64,000 bases of DNA from Eledone cirrhosa (GCA_964016885.1 OZ024743.1:324198001-324262000), one strand, 5' to 3'. Positions 25,100-38,964 are shown, numbered from the stretch's first letter. The notes: generated by a model from the sequence alone, not told the origin. Made by a program: numbers and translations.

Positions 25100-26890
25100 T
25101 GATTGTGGTGGTAGTGGTATTAGTGGTGCTAATGCTAATAGTGGTGGTAGTGGTATTAGTGGTGGTGGTGGTATTAGTGGTGCTAATGCTAATAGTGGTG
25201 GTGGTGGTATTAGTGATGGTGGTGGTATTAGTGGTGCTAATGCTAATAGTGGTGGTAGTGGTATTAGTGGTGCTAATGCTAATAGTGGTGGTAGTGGTAT
25301 TAGTGGTGGTGGTGGTATTAGTGGTGCTAATGCTAATAGTGGTGGTAGTGGTATTAGTGGTGCTAATGCTAATAGTGGTGGTAGTGGTATTAGTGGTGCT
25401 AATGCTAATAGTGATGGTGGTGGTATTAGTGGTGCTAATGCTAATAGTGGTGGTGGTGGTATTAGTGGTGCTAATGCTAATAGTGGTGGTAGTGGTATTA
25501 GTGGTGCTAATGCTAATAGTGGTGGGGGTGGTATTAGTGGTGCTAATGCTAATAGTGGTGGTGGTGGTATTAGTGGTGCTAATGCTAATAGTGGTGGTAG
25601 TGGTATTAGTGGTGGTGGTGGTATTAGTGGTGCTAATGCTAATAGTGGTGGTGGTGGTATTAGTGGTGCTAATGCTAATAGTGGTGGTAGTGGTATTAGT
25701 GGTGGTGGTGGTATTAGTGGTGCTAATGCTAATAGTGGTGGTGGTGGTATTAGTGGTGCTAATGCTAATAGTGATGGTGGTGGTATTAGTGGTGCTAATG
25801 CTAATAGTGGTGGTGGTGGTATTAGTGGTGCTAATGCTAATAGTGGTGGTAGTGGTATTAGTGGTGCTAATGCTAATAGTGGTGGGGGTGGTATTAGTGG
25901 TGCTAATGCTAATAGTGGTGGTGGTGGTATTAGTGGTGCTAATGCTAATAGTGGTGGTAGTGGTATTAGTGGTGCTAATGCTAATAGTGATGGTGGTGGT
26001 ATTAGTGGTGCTAATGCTAATAGTGGTGGTGGTGGTATTAGTGGTGCTAATGCTAATAGTGGTGGTAGTGGTATTAGTGGTGCTAATGCTAATAGTGATG
26101 GTGGTGGTATTAGTGGTGCTAATGCTAATAGTGGTGGTGGTGGTATTAGTGGTGCTAATGCTAATAGTGGTGGTAGTGGTATTAGTGGTGCTAATGCTAA
26201 TAGTGGTGGGGGTGGTATTAGTGGTGCTAATGCTAATAGTGGTGGTGGTGGTATTAGTGGTGCTAATGCTAATAGTGGTGGTAGTGGTATTAGTGGTGGT
26301 GGTGGTATTAGTGGTGCTAATGCTAATAGTGGTGGTGGTGGTATTAGTGGTGCTAATGCTAATAGTGGTGGTAGTGGTATTAGTGGTGGTGGTGGTATTA
26401 GTGGTGCTAATGCTAATAGTGGTGGTAGTGGTATTAGTGGTGCTAATGCTAATAGTGGTGGTGGTGGTATTAGTGGTGCTAATGCTAATAGTGGTGGTAG
26501 TGGTATTAGTGGTGGTGGTGGTATTAGTGGTGCTAATGCTAATAGTGGTGGTGGTGGTATTAGTGGTGGTGGTGGTATTAGTGGTGCTAATGCTAATAGT
26601 GGTGGTGGTGGTATTAGTGGTGGTGGTGGTATTAGTGGTGGTGGTGGTATTAGTGGTGCTAATGCTAATAGTGGTGGTGGTGGTATTAGTGGTGCTAATG
26701 CTAATAGTGGTGGTAGTGGTATTAGTGGTGGTGGTGGTATTAGTGGTGCTAATGCTAATAGTGGTGGTGGTGGTATTAGTGGTGCTAATGCTAATAGTGG
26801 TGGTAGTGGTATTAGTGGTGGTGGTGGTATTAGTGGTGCTAATGCTAATAGTGGTGGTGGTGGTATTAGTGGTGCTAATGCTAATAGTGG
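25100..26890. repeat. minisatellite built from two 18-mers (GTGGTGGTRGTGGTATTA and GTGGTGCTAATGCTAATA)
   Basis: Seen directly; mostly 36-bp AB units with AAB and AAAB variants. Confidence 0.97.
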
Positions 26891-28149
26891 TAGTGGTGGT
26901 GGTGGTGGTGGTGGTGGTAGCAGTGGTAGTGATGGTGGTGATGACAGCTAATATTAGACTAAAGCAAATAACAAAGGCACCAAAAGAACTAAAGTGTTAA
27001 GGTGGATGGTAGACAACACCCCACCACCTCCCATCCTGGTTGGATGGTTGGTTGTTCGCTATCACTATCTACCCCCCCCCCCCTATACACAGACATACAT
27101 AACACCCCCACTCAGCCCACTTCCAGGTCAACATCATTACCAAAGTCCAATAATCCAAGGAATTCTGACTCATTTCTTCAGTCTTGTCTGATAGGTCTGC
27201 ATGTTTGCATGTCTGTCTGTTAAATTTCTCCATCCTTCCATCCCCCATCCCTCTATGTATCCTTCCATCCAACCCCCTCCATGATATATCTGTCAGTCTG
27301 ATTGTCTGTCTGTCAGTTAAATCTCTCTATCCCTCCTTCCACTCACCTACCAATCCACCCATTCCTCCATCCCTCTGATATTGCTGCATGTCTGCATGTC
27401 TGTATGTCTGCTAGTGAAATCTCTCTCTCCTTCCTTTCATGCCACCAGCCATCCCACCTTCCATTCATTCATTCATTCATCTATCCAACCATTCGCCCAC
27501 CTAACCACCCATCTAACCACCCATTCTCCTTCCATTCATTCATCCATCCTTAACCCTCTCCATCCAACCCAGCTTTACATCTGACAAGATAATATATTTT
27601 TTATTAGGCATGTGTTCAAACTCAGACATAGTAATACAGGAACACCTCGCCATCACCACCACCACCACCATTATAACCCTCATTATAATCATCACTATCA
27701 CCATCACCATCAACAGCCAGACCACAATATCACCACCACCTCTACAACAAGCACATCACCATCACCAAGACCACACCACCACCACCACTATGACCATCAT
27801 CCTAATCATAATCATCATTACCACCACCACTACCACCATCAACAGCAAGATCCCATCACCATCAACAGCAAGACCCTCCCCCATCACCATCAACAGCAAG
27901 ACCCTCCCCCATCACCATCAACAGCAAGACACCCACCATCACCACTGACAACAACATTATCACATTAATTCATTCATGGATGTAGGAATGCCGGAAAACC
28001 TGTAGAATATCCTGGAAATCAGGGATCGCCATGACAACAGCCAGGATAAAAGTGGGTTCTCTATGTTGTATATGTGCGTAGGGGAGAAGCGGATATTTTT
28101 ATTTGAAAATTCTGGGAAACGGGGGGGGGGGGGATAAAAATAAGGGACC

Positions 28150-28180
<31 letters not shown>

Positions 28181-28252
28181 TAAGGCTGGCAGGGGGAGGG
28201 TACAATGAATAAAAGGGAACAGTCTACCAAATATTATATCTTTTGAGGGCAG

Positions 28253-28440
28253 AGGATTGGCAGTACCAGTAGAGGGTCGGACGCCATGCTTTGACGCATA
28301 GAGTTACGGTCCTTGCCATTCTGAGTTCAAATCCCGCCGAGGTTAACTTTGCCTTTCATCCTTTCGGGGTCGATAAAATAAAGTACCAGTAATACACTGG
28401 GTTAATTGCTGGCCTTGTGCCAAAAGTAGAAACAATTATA
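28253..28440 (+). mobile_element. Nin/Deu-domain tRNA-SINE, full length
   Basis: A and B boxes, Nin-like domain, AAAAGTAGAAACAATT end. Confidence 0.9.
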
Positions 28441-28444
28441 TCTT

Positions 28445-28808
28445 TTGGTCTTGTTATTACTGTTGTTATTACTGTTGTTGTTATTGTTGTTATTACTGTT
28501 GTTACTGTTGTTGTTGTTGTTGTTGTTACTGTTATTATTACTGTTGTTGCTGTTATTACTGTAGTTGTTACCGTTGTTGTTGTTACTGTTGTTGTTGTTA
28601 CTGTTGTTGTTATTGTTGTTGTTGCTGTTACTGTTGTTATTACTGTTGTTGTTATTACTGTTGTTGCTGTTACTGTTGTTGTTATTACTGTTGTTGCTGT
28701 TACTGTTGTTGTTATTACTGTTGTTGCTGTTACTGTTGTTGTTATTACTGTTGTTGCTGTTACTGTTGTTGTTGTTATTATTGTTGTTGCTGTTACTGTT
28801 GTTGCTAT
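28445..28808. repeat. (GTT/ATT/ACT)n repeat with ~30-bp periodicity
   Basis: Seen directly. Confidence 0.9.
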
Positions 28809-29629
28809 TTTCACACACAACATAAGCACCATTACAATCCTCATCACAGAAACTACTACCACCACCACCACCACCACCACCACCAGCATATATGAGTATG
28901 TGTGAGGCAGGAGGTGTTTGAAACCCCAGGAAAAGATGATGGGGTGGAGAATAATGGTTATGAACAAAAGGGAACAGTCTTCTAAATATTTAGAATATGT
29001 TTATATGTTTATTTTATTTCTATCTTATGGTCTTTGTTGTAGTTGTTCTTGTGGTCATGGTGGAGATTGCTTTGTTGTTGTTGATGTTGTTCTTGTTGCT
29101 CTTGTTGCTTTGAATTTTTGTTTTTATTTTCACACACTTCACAAGCACCATTACCACCACCACAACCACCAGCACCACCACCGCCATCACTAGCACCACA
29201 ACAACAACAACCATAACCACCACAACCACCAGCACCACAACCACCACAACCACCATCACTAGCACCACAACCACAACCATCAGCATCACAGCCACCAGCA
29301 CCACAACCACAAGCACCACAACCTCAATCATCATCTCATTACACATCCGTGACTAAATAAAATATACAAAAAAAAAATTAATAAAGCCCACTTGTTTTCA
29401 TTCTAAAATTACATTGCATCAGAGATTTTTGAATAAAGCAGAAATATTTCTTTTATGTTATATATATATATATATATATATAAGTGTGTGTGCATGTGTG
29501 TGTATGTGTATAAATATATATATATATGTTTATATATGTATTGTTTATTTTTTTATTTTTGCCCCATGTAAAATCGAACATATTTGATTAAATTCCTCCC
29601 TTTACCCCTTCCCTTTATTATGTGGATCC

Positions 29630-30355
29630 AGTATGGCTGAATGGTTAAGAGATTTGCTTAGCAATCCAGGGGTCCTGGGTTTGATCCTACTGTGTGTTGT
29701 CTTGGGCAAGTGCCATTTACTATAGCCTCAGCTCAACTCAAGAATTGTGAGTGAATTTGGAGAGACAGAAACTGCTTCAGAAACCTATCAGATGGATTGT
29801 ACCTGTAATTTTAAGGGCCAGCCTGGGTCATGCTGAATCTCCCTGAGGATTATATTAAGGGTAAATGTGTCTATGGAATGCTTAGCCACTTACATAATAA
29901 TACAAGAGGAACTGTACATACCGTGTCACACTGAATCTTCCTGAGAATTACAGTATAGGGACACATGTTTATGGAATATTCAGCCATTTATGCTTTAGAT
30001 AGAGTACATGTAATTAAAAGAGCCAGCCTTATCACAGTGTCATACTGGATCCTCTTGAGGATTACAGTAAAAGTACACATCTGTGGAATACTCAACCAGT
30101 TACACTATAACATAAGATGGGTTGTACAGGCAATTCAAATGACTAGTCTAGTGTCACATTGAATCTCCCTGAGAATTACGCTAAGGGTACATGTGTGTGA
30201 AATACTCAGTCACATACACTATAATACAAGAAGGGTTGTACTTGTGATTGAAAGGTCCATTCTGTCACATACTGTGTCATACTGAATCTCCCCAAGAATG
30301 ACATTAACGATACACGTATCTGTAGAATATTCAGCAACTTATATGTTAATTTCCT
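29630..30355 (+). mobile_element. degenerate tRNA-SINE followed by ~5 diverged tandem copies of a tail-like module
   Basis: TGGCTGAATGGTTAAG head, CTTGGGCAAG block, recurring CTGAATCTCCCTGAGAATTAC...GGAATACTCAGCCA. Confidence 0.55.
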
Positions 30356-31399
30356 AATCAGACTGTTCCTTTAATTACCAACCCGGCCAAAACCGGCTCT
30401 GGTTCTATGAAATAAAGTCACCCATTTTAAAGGTTTCCAATTTAAATTAAAAAGAACCTTACATTAAGTTACTATCTTAGTAATGAAATAATTAATAATT
30501 AATTAATTAATTGAAACGAAATGTATTTCATTAGAAATCCAGTCATGAAAGGGTTAATAAAATATCTGGAAACTAATAGAGATCCATTCTATATTTCCCT
30601 TTATTCCAGCAATCTTTTAAAGAACTGTTGTAATAATAACAATAACAAATAAAATAATAAAAAAATAACTATTTTTATTGGTCCATTAGAGTCCTCTTAA
30701 ATCAATCGGGATAAAGATATTAAAGTAATGGTTGGTATTCAGACAAGCTCTCAGCTAAAATGGAATATTGCAACCAGAAGAAGGCAAAATCTATAAAAAT
30801 GTTCATAACATAGAGAATCTTCAGCTGAAGAGTTAAAGTCTACTCCAACCCATCAGGATCATCAGGCTGGTATTTATCCCTAGTTGTATTTTTCATCGGC
30901 ATTAAGCAACTGAGAGCACAAGACTCCCCTTTAGACATGATGCCTGTTTATTGAAAGGTTAATCGTCACTCCCTAGCTACTGCTGTTACTAATTTACAGC
31001 TGAATGTACTGAAGCAACATGAAATTAAGTATTTTGCTCAAGAACACAATGTGCATATGATCCAGGAATCAAACACATGACATTATGATCCAACACCTTA
31101 ACCACTAGGCCACATGCCTTCACTGAAGAGTTGGTCATTCATTATAAAACCGAGGGGATGTTTTTGTATAGCCACTGATTCTGCTAGAAATATCAGCTAC
31201 ACCTCATGTTCTATAAGGAGAACACATTGAATAATGTAATTCTAAATGTAGGTACTTTGGTCATAGCTGGAACATTTTGCATCATAGGTCTTCTTGATAA
31301 GGGCTAACCTAGGGTTAAACAACATCAAAGAGAATCAATGGCAGACTGCCTAATGATATATGTGTTAAAAGTATGATATAAAGAGTGTGGAGAAAAAAA

Positions 31400-31572
<173 letters not shown>

Positions 31573-31609
31573 CATAACCAAATACCACAAGGTATTTTGT
31601 CTGCTCTTT

Positions 31610-32085
31610 TAATAATAGTTTCTAATTTAGACACAAAGCCAGAAATTTAGTGAGAGGGGAATGTGGATTAAATAGATTCCAGTACTTCACTGGTATATTA
31701 TTTTATCAATCCCAATAGGATGAAAAGCTAAAGTCAACCTTTGTAGAATTTGAACTCAGAACCTAAAAAAACAAAAAAAATAAAAAATAAAACAAAAAAA
31801 AAAAAACAACTATTGTGCAAAGCCTTTTAAGCAGCACTCAATTCCTTCTATCGTCATTAACTGCTCTTTTAATAATTGTTTCTAATTTAGGCTCAAGGCT
31901 AGCAATTTGGCAAGACAGAGAAATTGATTAAATAAAATCATGTATTTCACTGGTACCTTATTTTATCAACCTGGAAGGATAAAAAACAAAGTTGACTTTC
32001 ACAGGATTTGAACTCAGAATGCAAAAGCAGAAACAACTACCATAAGGCATTTTATTCAAAGCTCCACTGACTATCAATCTACTTC
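31610..32085 (-). mobile_element. two degenerate tandem Nin-domain SINE copies
   Basis: CTGGTA..TTATTTTATCAA...GGATGAAA...ATTTGAACTCAGAA occurs twice. Confidence 0.55.
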
Positions 32086-32269
32086 CATTAATTGCCCTTT
32101 TAATCCTTTTGATATGAAACCACCTGAAACCACCCTGTGATACAAAACCATGTGTCTAAAAACCTAAGTTATATTCCAAAAACTAGTTAAGTCATAAGTT
32201 AGTTATATTCACTAACTTTTTCAAAATTCTTGATAACATAGAGTGTCTCTCTTGAGAAATATGCTTCTC

Positions 32270-32475
32270 CAAATATCAGTCGCTCTCCGACAGGTTTGTG
32301 GTTGAGCCTGTGGCAGTGAAGACTTCTGGTGTCCTTGGCCCTATGGCCACCTCCCTGTTCACCACCATTGACACAGAGTTGGCTACCCGCAGGTGTGAGC
32401 TACGCGAGCTAGAATGTCTTTTACCTCACCATCCTCCAAGGAAATGCCTGCTCTATTCTGTCCGCCGTGGCTGCA
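32270..32475 (+). mobile_element. CRE-like non-LTR retrotransposon, RLE C-terminal fragment
   Basis: SKYQSLSDRFVVEPVAVKTSGVLGP...RE...ILQGNACSIL resembles the CRE-clade KY..L..F.P.A.ET.G..G...QRGNA motif. Confidence 0.7.
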
Positions 32476-32963
32476 GGGTAGCCAATGCATGCCCCCCCCC
32501 CCATTTGCTCATAATAGTGAAAGATGGGGAGAGAGAGAAAGATGGAGGCAGTGACAGTGGGAGTTAGGTTCCTTTGTGTTCGGACCAGGTGTATATGTAT
32601 ATATTTCACAAATGGTAACTACATAAAATATATGAAGGTGGAGGAGCAAGAGGGATGGAAAGAAAGGAGAGAGGTGGGTATAGAATGAAGAGGAGGAGGA
32701 AGATAAGCAGGTAAGACAAGGGGGGGGGGTGTAGAATGAGAAGGGAAAGCAGATGTGATGGAAAGGAATGAAGAGTTAGAATTAACATTTTTATTCAATA
32801 TCTTAAGGATTGGAGAATTTCATTTGAATTTATTTTTTACTTAAAGTAGATAATCAAAAGTAACATTATATTTTGTATATTTTTTTTTTTTTTTTCCCCC
32901 TTTTTAGGCTTTTAGTAATATCAAAAATTTTAATCAATTTAACATCATATTTTTTTTTATTTT

Positions 32964-32998
<35 letters not shown>

Positions 32999-32999
32999 T

Positions 33000-33270
33000 G
33001 GGTTGGCAGTGTCAGTAGAGCATTGGACAACATGCTTTGCAGCATAGAGCTATGGCCCTTTACATTCTGAGTGCAAATCCTGGCAAGGGGGTCGATAAAA
33101 TAAAGTACCAGTCACGCACTGGAGTCGATTTAATCGACTTTCTCCCCTCAAATTGCCGGCCTTATTATCACCAGACCAATTGACACATTGTTACCTTAAG
33201 CAAGGAACTTCATATCACATTGCTCCAGTTCACTCTGCTGAAATGAGTACCAGCTGCAGCAGGGGAAGGT
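33000..33270 (+). mobile_element. degenerate SINE fragments (Nin-type then CORE-type)
   Basis: TTGGCAGTGTCAGTAGAG head, GGGGTCGATAAAATAAAGTACCAG, CACATTGCTCCAGTTCACTC. Confidence 0.6.
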
Positions 33271-34392
33271 TAGCCCTGCAAAGGACTGGGATATTTCTTT
33301 CAAACACTTAACCTCTTCCTTCCCATATTTTTAATAAAATGTACTCTCTCTGATTTTCAAATCATTTTCAAAATAACCAAGAATTTGGAGAGATTTAATA
33401 AAGTAACTAACTTTCTCATTGTTAAGCTGGAGTATAACTTAAAAAAGGTTCTTACATAAAATTATGATGAAAGGTTTTTAGATAAATATAAACACTTTAA
33501 AATAAAAAGCTCTGTGTCATAGAACTAGGAATGATTTCAGAGTTGATGCCAATGAATACTGTATAAGTTTTGAGCTTCATCTACCCTGTACCATCATGGA
33601 AAGATAACTTACAGCCTTGTTCCTATTTCAGTTAAAATATACCGAGAAAAAGATCTAATTAAATGAAGTGAGATGAGGGAAACTTAGAAAAGTTTAAAGT
33701 GAAGAAAACCAAAGAAAGACACTAGTAAAGATGTAAACATTTAAATTACCAAATCACATGATACTATATTAGCGCAACATTCTTGAAAAGTACAAGACAT
33801 TTCTGCTAAATCACTACAGTATATTAAATCATGTCAAATAGGGTATATAAGACCAAAATATGTTTAGACTGTGGTGGCCTATGAAACTTATGCCAACATG
33901 GAAAACATACGTAAAATGATGATGATGATAAAGAACAGAAGATAAATACATCTCTTATGAAGATTCAACAAGCTCCTATAAATTTAAATCAATTCATGTA
34001 GTAATTATAGTGAATTTTTTTGTTTTATTATTTACTCATTTTTCATCTATTTATTGATTTAAATTATTATCATACTTTTTTTTTTAAATTCAAGAGAATT
34101 TGTCTCTGTGGTAAAATCTGAAATCAATATGAGAGCTACAATTTAAAATAACAGACACGGTTTTGTTGTTTATCCACTAACATATTGTATATAAGTTGTA
34201 ATCATGACAACCAGATTTTAAAATATAAATAAATTACATAAAAGCGCAGTACTCCCTTAAACTATATGGCTACAACAATTTTTAAAAATTAACTTCTTGA
34301 TACCAATCCAATTAAAGCCAGATATGGTTCTATGAAACAAAAACCACACATTTAAATTAATTACTGTCAGGTCAGGCTTCTGCCTGCTATTG

Positions 34393-34560
34393 GTACCATG
34401 TAACCCAGTACAACCTGCTTCAGGGTCAAGTGGTTGGTGATAAAACTGGCTCTTCCACCAGATCCTGGTCTGGTGAGGAGGGTAAATGGAACTCCAACAG
34501 CACAAAAACAAGAACTGTTAAAGGGTGGATAAACACCTCAGAGTCAATGGCCATCCACCC
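34393..34560 (+). mobile_element. diverged homologue of the 5' part of the 18090-18668 element
   Basis: Shared CCCAGTACAACCTG, TGGTGAGGAGGGT, AAAAACAA..ACTGT.AAAGGG and AGAGTCAATGGCCATCCA. Confidence 0.6.
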
Positions 34561-35177
34561 CAACTATGTTGTAATTGCTTCACCAACCCACAATTGGCCA
34601 AGCAAGTTGAGTTCAGCTACATCTGTGAAGACATAACCAAAACCAAAAGTGGTGGAAGTCAATCAGGGAAGGGGTTCTTCCAATAGGACTGAGACGGCTC
34701 TAGATTGGATTGGATTGGATTTAAATTAAAATATTTCAATACATTTTATATATGAACCATATATAATGAGATAATACTTTTAGTAAATCCCTCAAAATTC
34801 TACATTAATTAATTTAAATACAGTGTAATTCGTTGACCTATTCCTTACCATGTTTCTAATGAAAGACATGGCATATGGTTTTCATTTTGAAAATAATAAA
34901 GAATTTTAACAATTTTATTGTTGATTTCAATGCTTTTGTTTTTGCTGTTGTTATTACCTTATTATTAATATGTCATTTTACCGATTCTGCCAATTAAAAT
35001 AATATTCATATAATATAACATCTATTGTTGTCTGATCAAGTGCGTGTGTGCAAATTAGAAGGGATTTAGAAATGTAGCTAACTCTCTCATTATGAAGTTA
35101 GCTGATGTTTGGAACATAACTTAAGAATGGATTGTACATAAAACTTTGATTGAAGATTTTTAGATAAATATTAACAC

Positions 35178-35441
35178 TTTAGCCCTTTTATTACCATATT
35201 TCTGATGAAAGACATTGTTTTTGATTTTCAAATAATTTTGAAAATTATCAAGAATTCCAAAAGATTTAGTAATGTAACTAGCTTTCTCATTATGAAACTA
35301 GTGTTTGGAACATAACTTAACAAATTTCTCATAAAAAATTGTGATGGAAGGTTTTTCGATAAATATAAAGACTATAAAATAACTAGTTTTGTATCAAAGA
35401 ACTAAGGGTAGCTTTAAGCAATTTGGTATGAAAGGGATTAA
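35178..35441. mobile_element. piggyBac-like MITE (related copies near 15040-15130, 30370-30558, 33308-33550, 38780-38841, 47964-48223)
   Basis: Ends resemble TTAA-CCCTTT...AAAGGG-TTAA; shared CCATATTTCT.ATGAAAGACA and GTTTGGAACATAACTTAA. Confidence 0.5.
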
Positions 35442-36152
35442 GCAGTTTAAGATACAAGTGACTGAGTCATCATGGCAATTCTAACTGGAAGAAAATATTC
35501 TACTCAGTGTAAAATCATTAGGTGGTTTTATATATCAGAAGGTTTCATATAATTATGATTCTTGCAGCAGTAGAATGGGTGGCAAGGAATAACATTTGAC
35601 CAAAATGACTTACCATAATGAATCGAGGAAGGAATTCTGAATGTCATTGCTTGTGACTCAGATTTCCTAAAACTGTCCTGACAGGAACATTTCTAATTAC
35701 CACTTATTCAAGTTAACCCCATTTTCATCGGAATAAAAAATATAAAAAATAGCATGGCCATGTGGTTAAGGAGTTGATTTCACAACCATGTAGATTTGGG
35801 TTCAGGCCTGTCGTACATCACCTTGGATAAGTGTCTTTTACTATAGCCTTAGTTGACCAATGTCTAATAGAAATATATATATATTCTACTCTGGAATAAG
35901 TAGGCTGATGAGCGATGATGAGTTATCATATTAGTTTCATAGTTTATAGGTGCAGTCTTGGCTGAGTAGTTAAGGAGTTAGCTTCACAACCATGTGGTTT
36001 CAAGTTCAGTCACATTTCATGGCACTTTGGGTAAATATTTACTATAGGCTCAGGTGGTGATGAGGATGATGATGATGATGTCAATAGTGGTGATGATGAC
36101 GATGGTGATGACAATGATGGTAATGGTGAGGATGATTATGATGCACTGATTA

Positions 36153-37710
36153 CACTGGTCAACAACCAAAATGCTTCTGAGACCAAAGTAGCAATTTCCA
36201 AATAACTTTAGGTCACTGATAGTGAATATCATGATTAAAATTGTTTGTTAGCTCTACTTTTCAACATTTTTGAAACTTATAATAAATATTCATTGAGCAA
36301 GCTATTGATATGCATGTGAGGCATTTTATATTAATTTGATTTTCCTATTGAATGATATAATTTTCCTGAAGCACACTCCTCTCGACCACATCAAATAACA
36401 CAAGGGCAACTCCATGACCTTGTCAGGGATCTACAACTATCTAAAAATGAGGCTGAGCTGCTAGGCTCTCATCTTCAACAGTGTAATCTAACAGCTGATG
36501 TAAAGATTTCAAAATTTCATGACTGTCAGCAGCAGTTCAGCAATTTCTTCATAAAGGAAGGCGATTTATTGGCCTGCAACAATATTAATGGTATGATGGA
36601 AGCACTTGGTATTGAATACGAAGCCAGTCACTGGAGGCTGTTCATAGATTCATCAAAACCTAATCTGAAAGGTGTCTTGTAGCATAATAGCAATAGTGAA
36701 CCATCAGTTCGTGTGGGATATGCATCACATATGAAAGAAACTTATGAGAATATAAAGCATATGTTGCAATGCATAAAATATGGTGAACATCAATGGTAGC
36801 TGTGTGTTGACTTAAAGGTTGTTGCTCTTGTGATGGGCTTGCAGGGCTGATACACCAAGTACTGCTGTTTTCTGTGTGAATAGGACTGCTGTGCAAGAGG
36901 TTCCCACTATATCAGGAGAGACTGGCCACCTCATCAATTATTGAAACCTGGGATGAAAAATGTTCAACATCTACCTCTCATTGCACCAAACAAAATTTTG
37001 CTACCGCCACTGCACCTAAAACTGGGGCTCATGAAAAACTTTATAAAAGCTATGGACAAAACCAGTCAGGGATTCAGTTTTTTAACATCAAAATTCCCCT
37101 CACTGAGCAATGCTAAGATAAAAGAGGGAGTCTTCATTGGTTCTCAGATTCAAGGGCTTCTTAAAGATGGTGACTTTAAATCAGCCCTTCATGGGGAGGA
37201 GAAGCTGCTTGGGAAGAATTCAAATTAGTGGTAAAGGGATTTATCGGAAACAGAAGGGCAGGAAACTATGGTGGAAAACCTCATCAAGGCTAAGAAGAAT
37301 ATGGGATGTAACATGTAACTTGAAATCCACTTTTTGGACTCCCATTTAGACTTTTTTTCCAGTGAACTGAAGAGTAGTTAGTAACAAACATGGTGATGGG
37401 TTTCACCAAGATATTTCAACCCTGGAAAAGCAGTACAATGCTTGCAGACTATTGCTGGACATTGGCAAGAGATGATTCTTCAGACCACTATAAGCATCAA
37501 GCAAAAAGGCAGAGAGTAGATATGGACGAGACCTTAAAACATGATATTGTACATTATAATAAAATAATCAAATATCACGTCATATATCTTTAAGCCTGTA
37601 ACTAATAAGCATTTATCAAGGTGATATTTGGATTCAGGACTTGAAAATACATAAGAATTAAATAATCTCATTTAAGAAGCACACAACTTTTCAAAGATTG
37701 TTCACCAGTG
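36153..37710 (+). mobile_element. Chapaev3-type (CMC) DNA transposon, both ends present, transposase decayed
   Basis: TIRs CACTGGTCAACAA / TTGTTCACCAGTG; TTA on both sides (TSD); motifs WRLFIDSSK, YTKYCCFLCE, LLPPLHLKLGLMKNFIKAM, KIKEGVF, MLADYCW. Confidence 0.88.
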
Positions 37711-37956
37711 TTATTGTCATTAAACAGAGATTACTCACTCTACCACATACTCCAATAAAAAATCATGACATGAATCAAGAGATATTGAAATGGTATGTAA
37801 TTCATTTTGTCCATAAATAAGAACCATGTAGAAGAATGTGGCTGCTATTTCTAGCAGATTCAACAGATATGCATTGGTTTCCTTTCAAGAATTGTTTTGA
37901 TCCATCTCTGATTTGCAGTGCTCCCTCTACAACTCAGGATTCCCTATATTATCAAC

Positions 37957-38062
37957 ATTGAATATGAAGTCAATCACTGGAGGCTGTTCATAGATTCATC
38001 AAAACCTAATCTGAAAGGTTTCTTGTTGCATAATGACAATAGTGAACCATCAGTTCCAGTGG
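37957..38062 (+). mobile_element. orphan ~105-bp Chapaev3 transposase fragment
   Basis: Matches 36611-36716 (CACTGGAGGCTGTTCATAGATTCATCAAAACCTAATCTGAAAGG). Confidence 0.85.
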
Positions 38063-38248
38063 ATTGGCAGTATCGGTAGAGGGTGAGACGCCATGCTCTG
38101 CATCATAGAGTTACGCCCCTTTATGGTCTGAGTGCAAATTGCGCTGAGGTTAACTTTGCCTTTCATCCTTATGGGATCGATAAAATAAAGTACCACTAAT
38201 GCACTGGGATAATTGCTGGCATTGTGCCAAAAATAGAAACAATTATTA
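38060..38248 (+). mobile_element. Nin/Deu-domain tRNA-SINE
   Basis: Full-length match to 28253-28440. Confidence 0.85.
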
Positions 38249-38477
38249 GAAATTTACCAGATTTAACTGCCAGTACTACCTGTCCCACAATGTTATTTAT
38301 GCCATGCTCCCAACCATTCCTACTTAGCTGAGGACAACAATCACATGAGTGTTGGTGCCACAACAGAATGTATCCAGTGCACTTTATTATTGGTAGATCT
38401 GACACCACATCAAAGCGCACTCAGTAAACTCTGTAAAGTGGTAATGCTATTTAGGGAAATATAAAAGCAAAGGATCT

Positions 38478-38660
38478 GATCATCAGATCAGACCAAAGAA
38501 ACAATGTTTCCATTGGTCTTTCCATTGTTGATATTATCTGCCAATCGCAACTTCTGGTAGAAGAAAGGAATTGATCCTCAGATTGGATCAAAGAAACAAT
38601 GCTTCCATTGGTCTTTCCATAACTCATACTATCAGCTGGTCATAACTTCTGCTAAAAGTA
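38478..38660. repeat. two-copy ~94-bp tandem duplication
   Basis: CAAAGAAACAATG.TTCCATTGGTCTTTCCAT occurs twice. Confidence 0.75.
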
Positions 38661-38964
38661 GTAATGTGAAATAAAGTAGTTTTTTAAACAACACAACATG
38701 CTGCCCAGGTGAGGAATCAAACTCACAACCATGTGATCATAAATCCAACAGCCTAACAATTAAGTCACATATTTCAAGACAAGCAGTTTTGTATCATAGA
38801 TACAGAGGCAGTTTCAAATGGTTTGATATCGAAAGGGTTAACAATATTTCTTACAAATGATACAAAATCAACTCAGAATTTCTTGCGTCAGAGTCATAGA
38901 GATTGCAATTATTACCAGAATTAAGCTGATAAAAGACATCGCCTTAAGCTAATAAAATTCCATC

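Noticed and set aside
25015-27000. 661-aa Val/Leu-rich ORF
   Set aside because: Translation of an 18/36-bp minisatellite with no protein-like complexity
35198-35225. CTGATGAAAG as a hammerhead core
   Set aside because: Variant of a MITE motif (CTAATGAAAGACA in other copies); no stem II-GAAA-stem III arrangement
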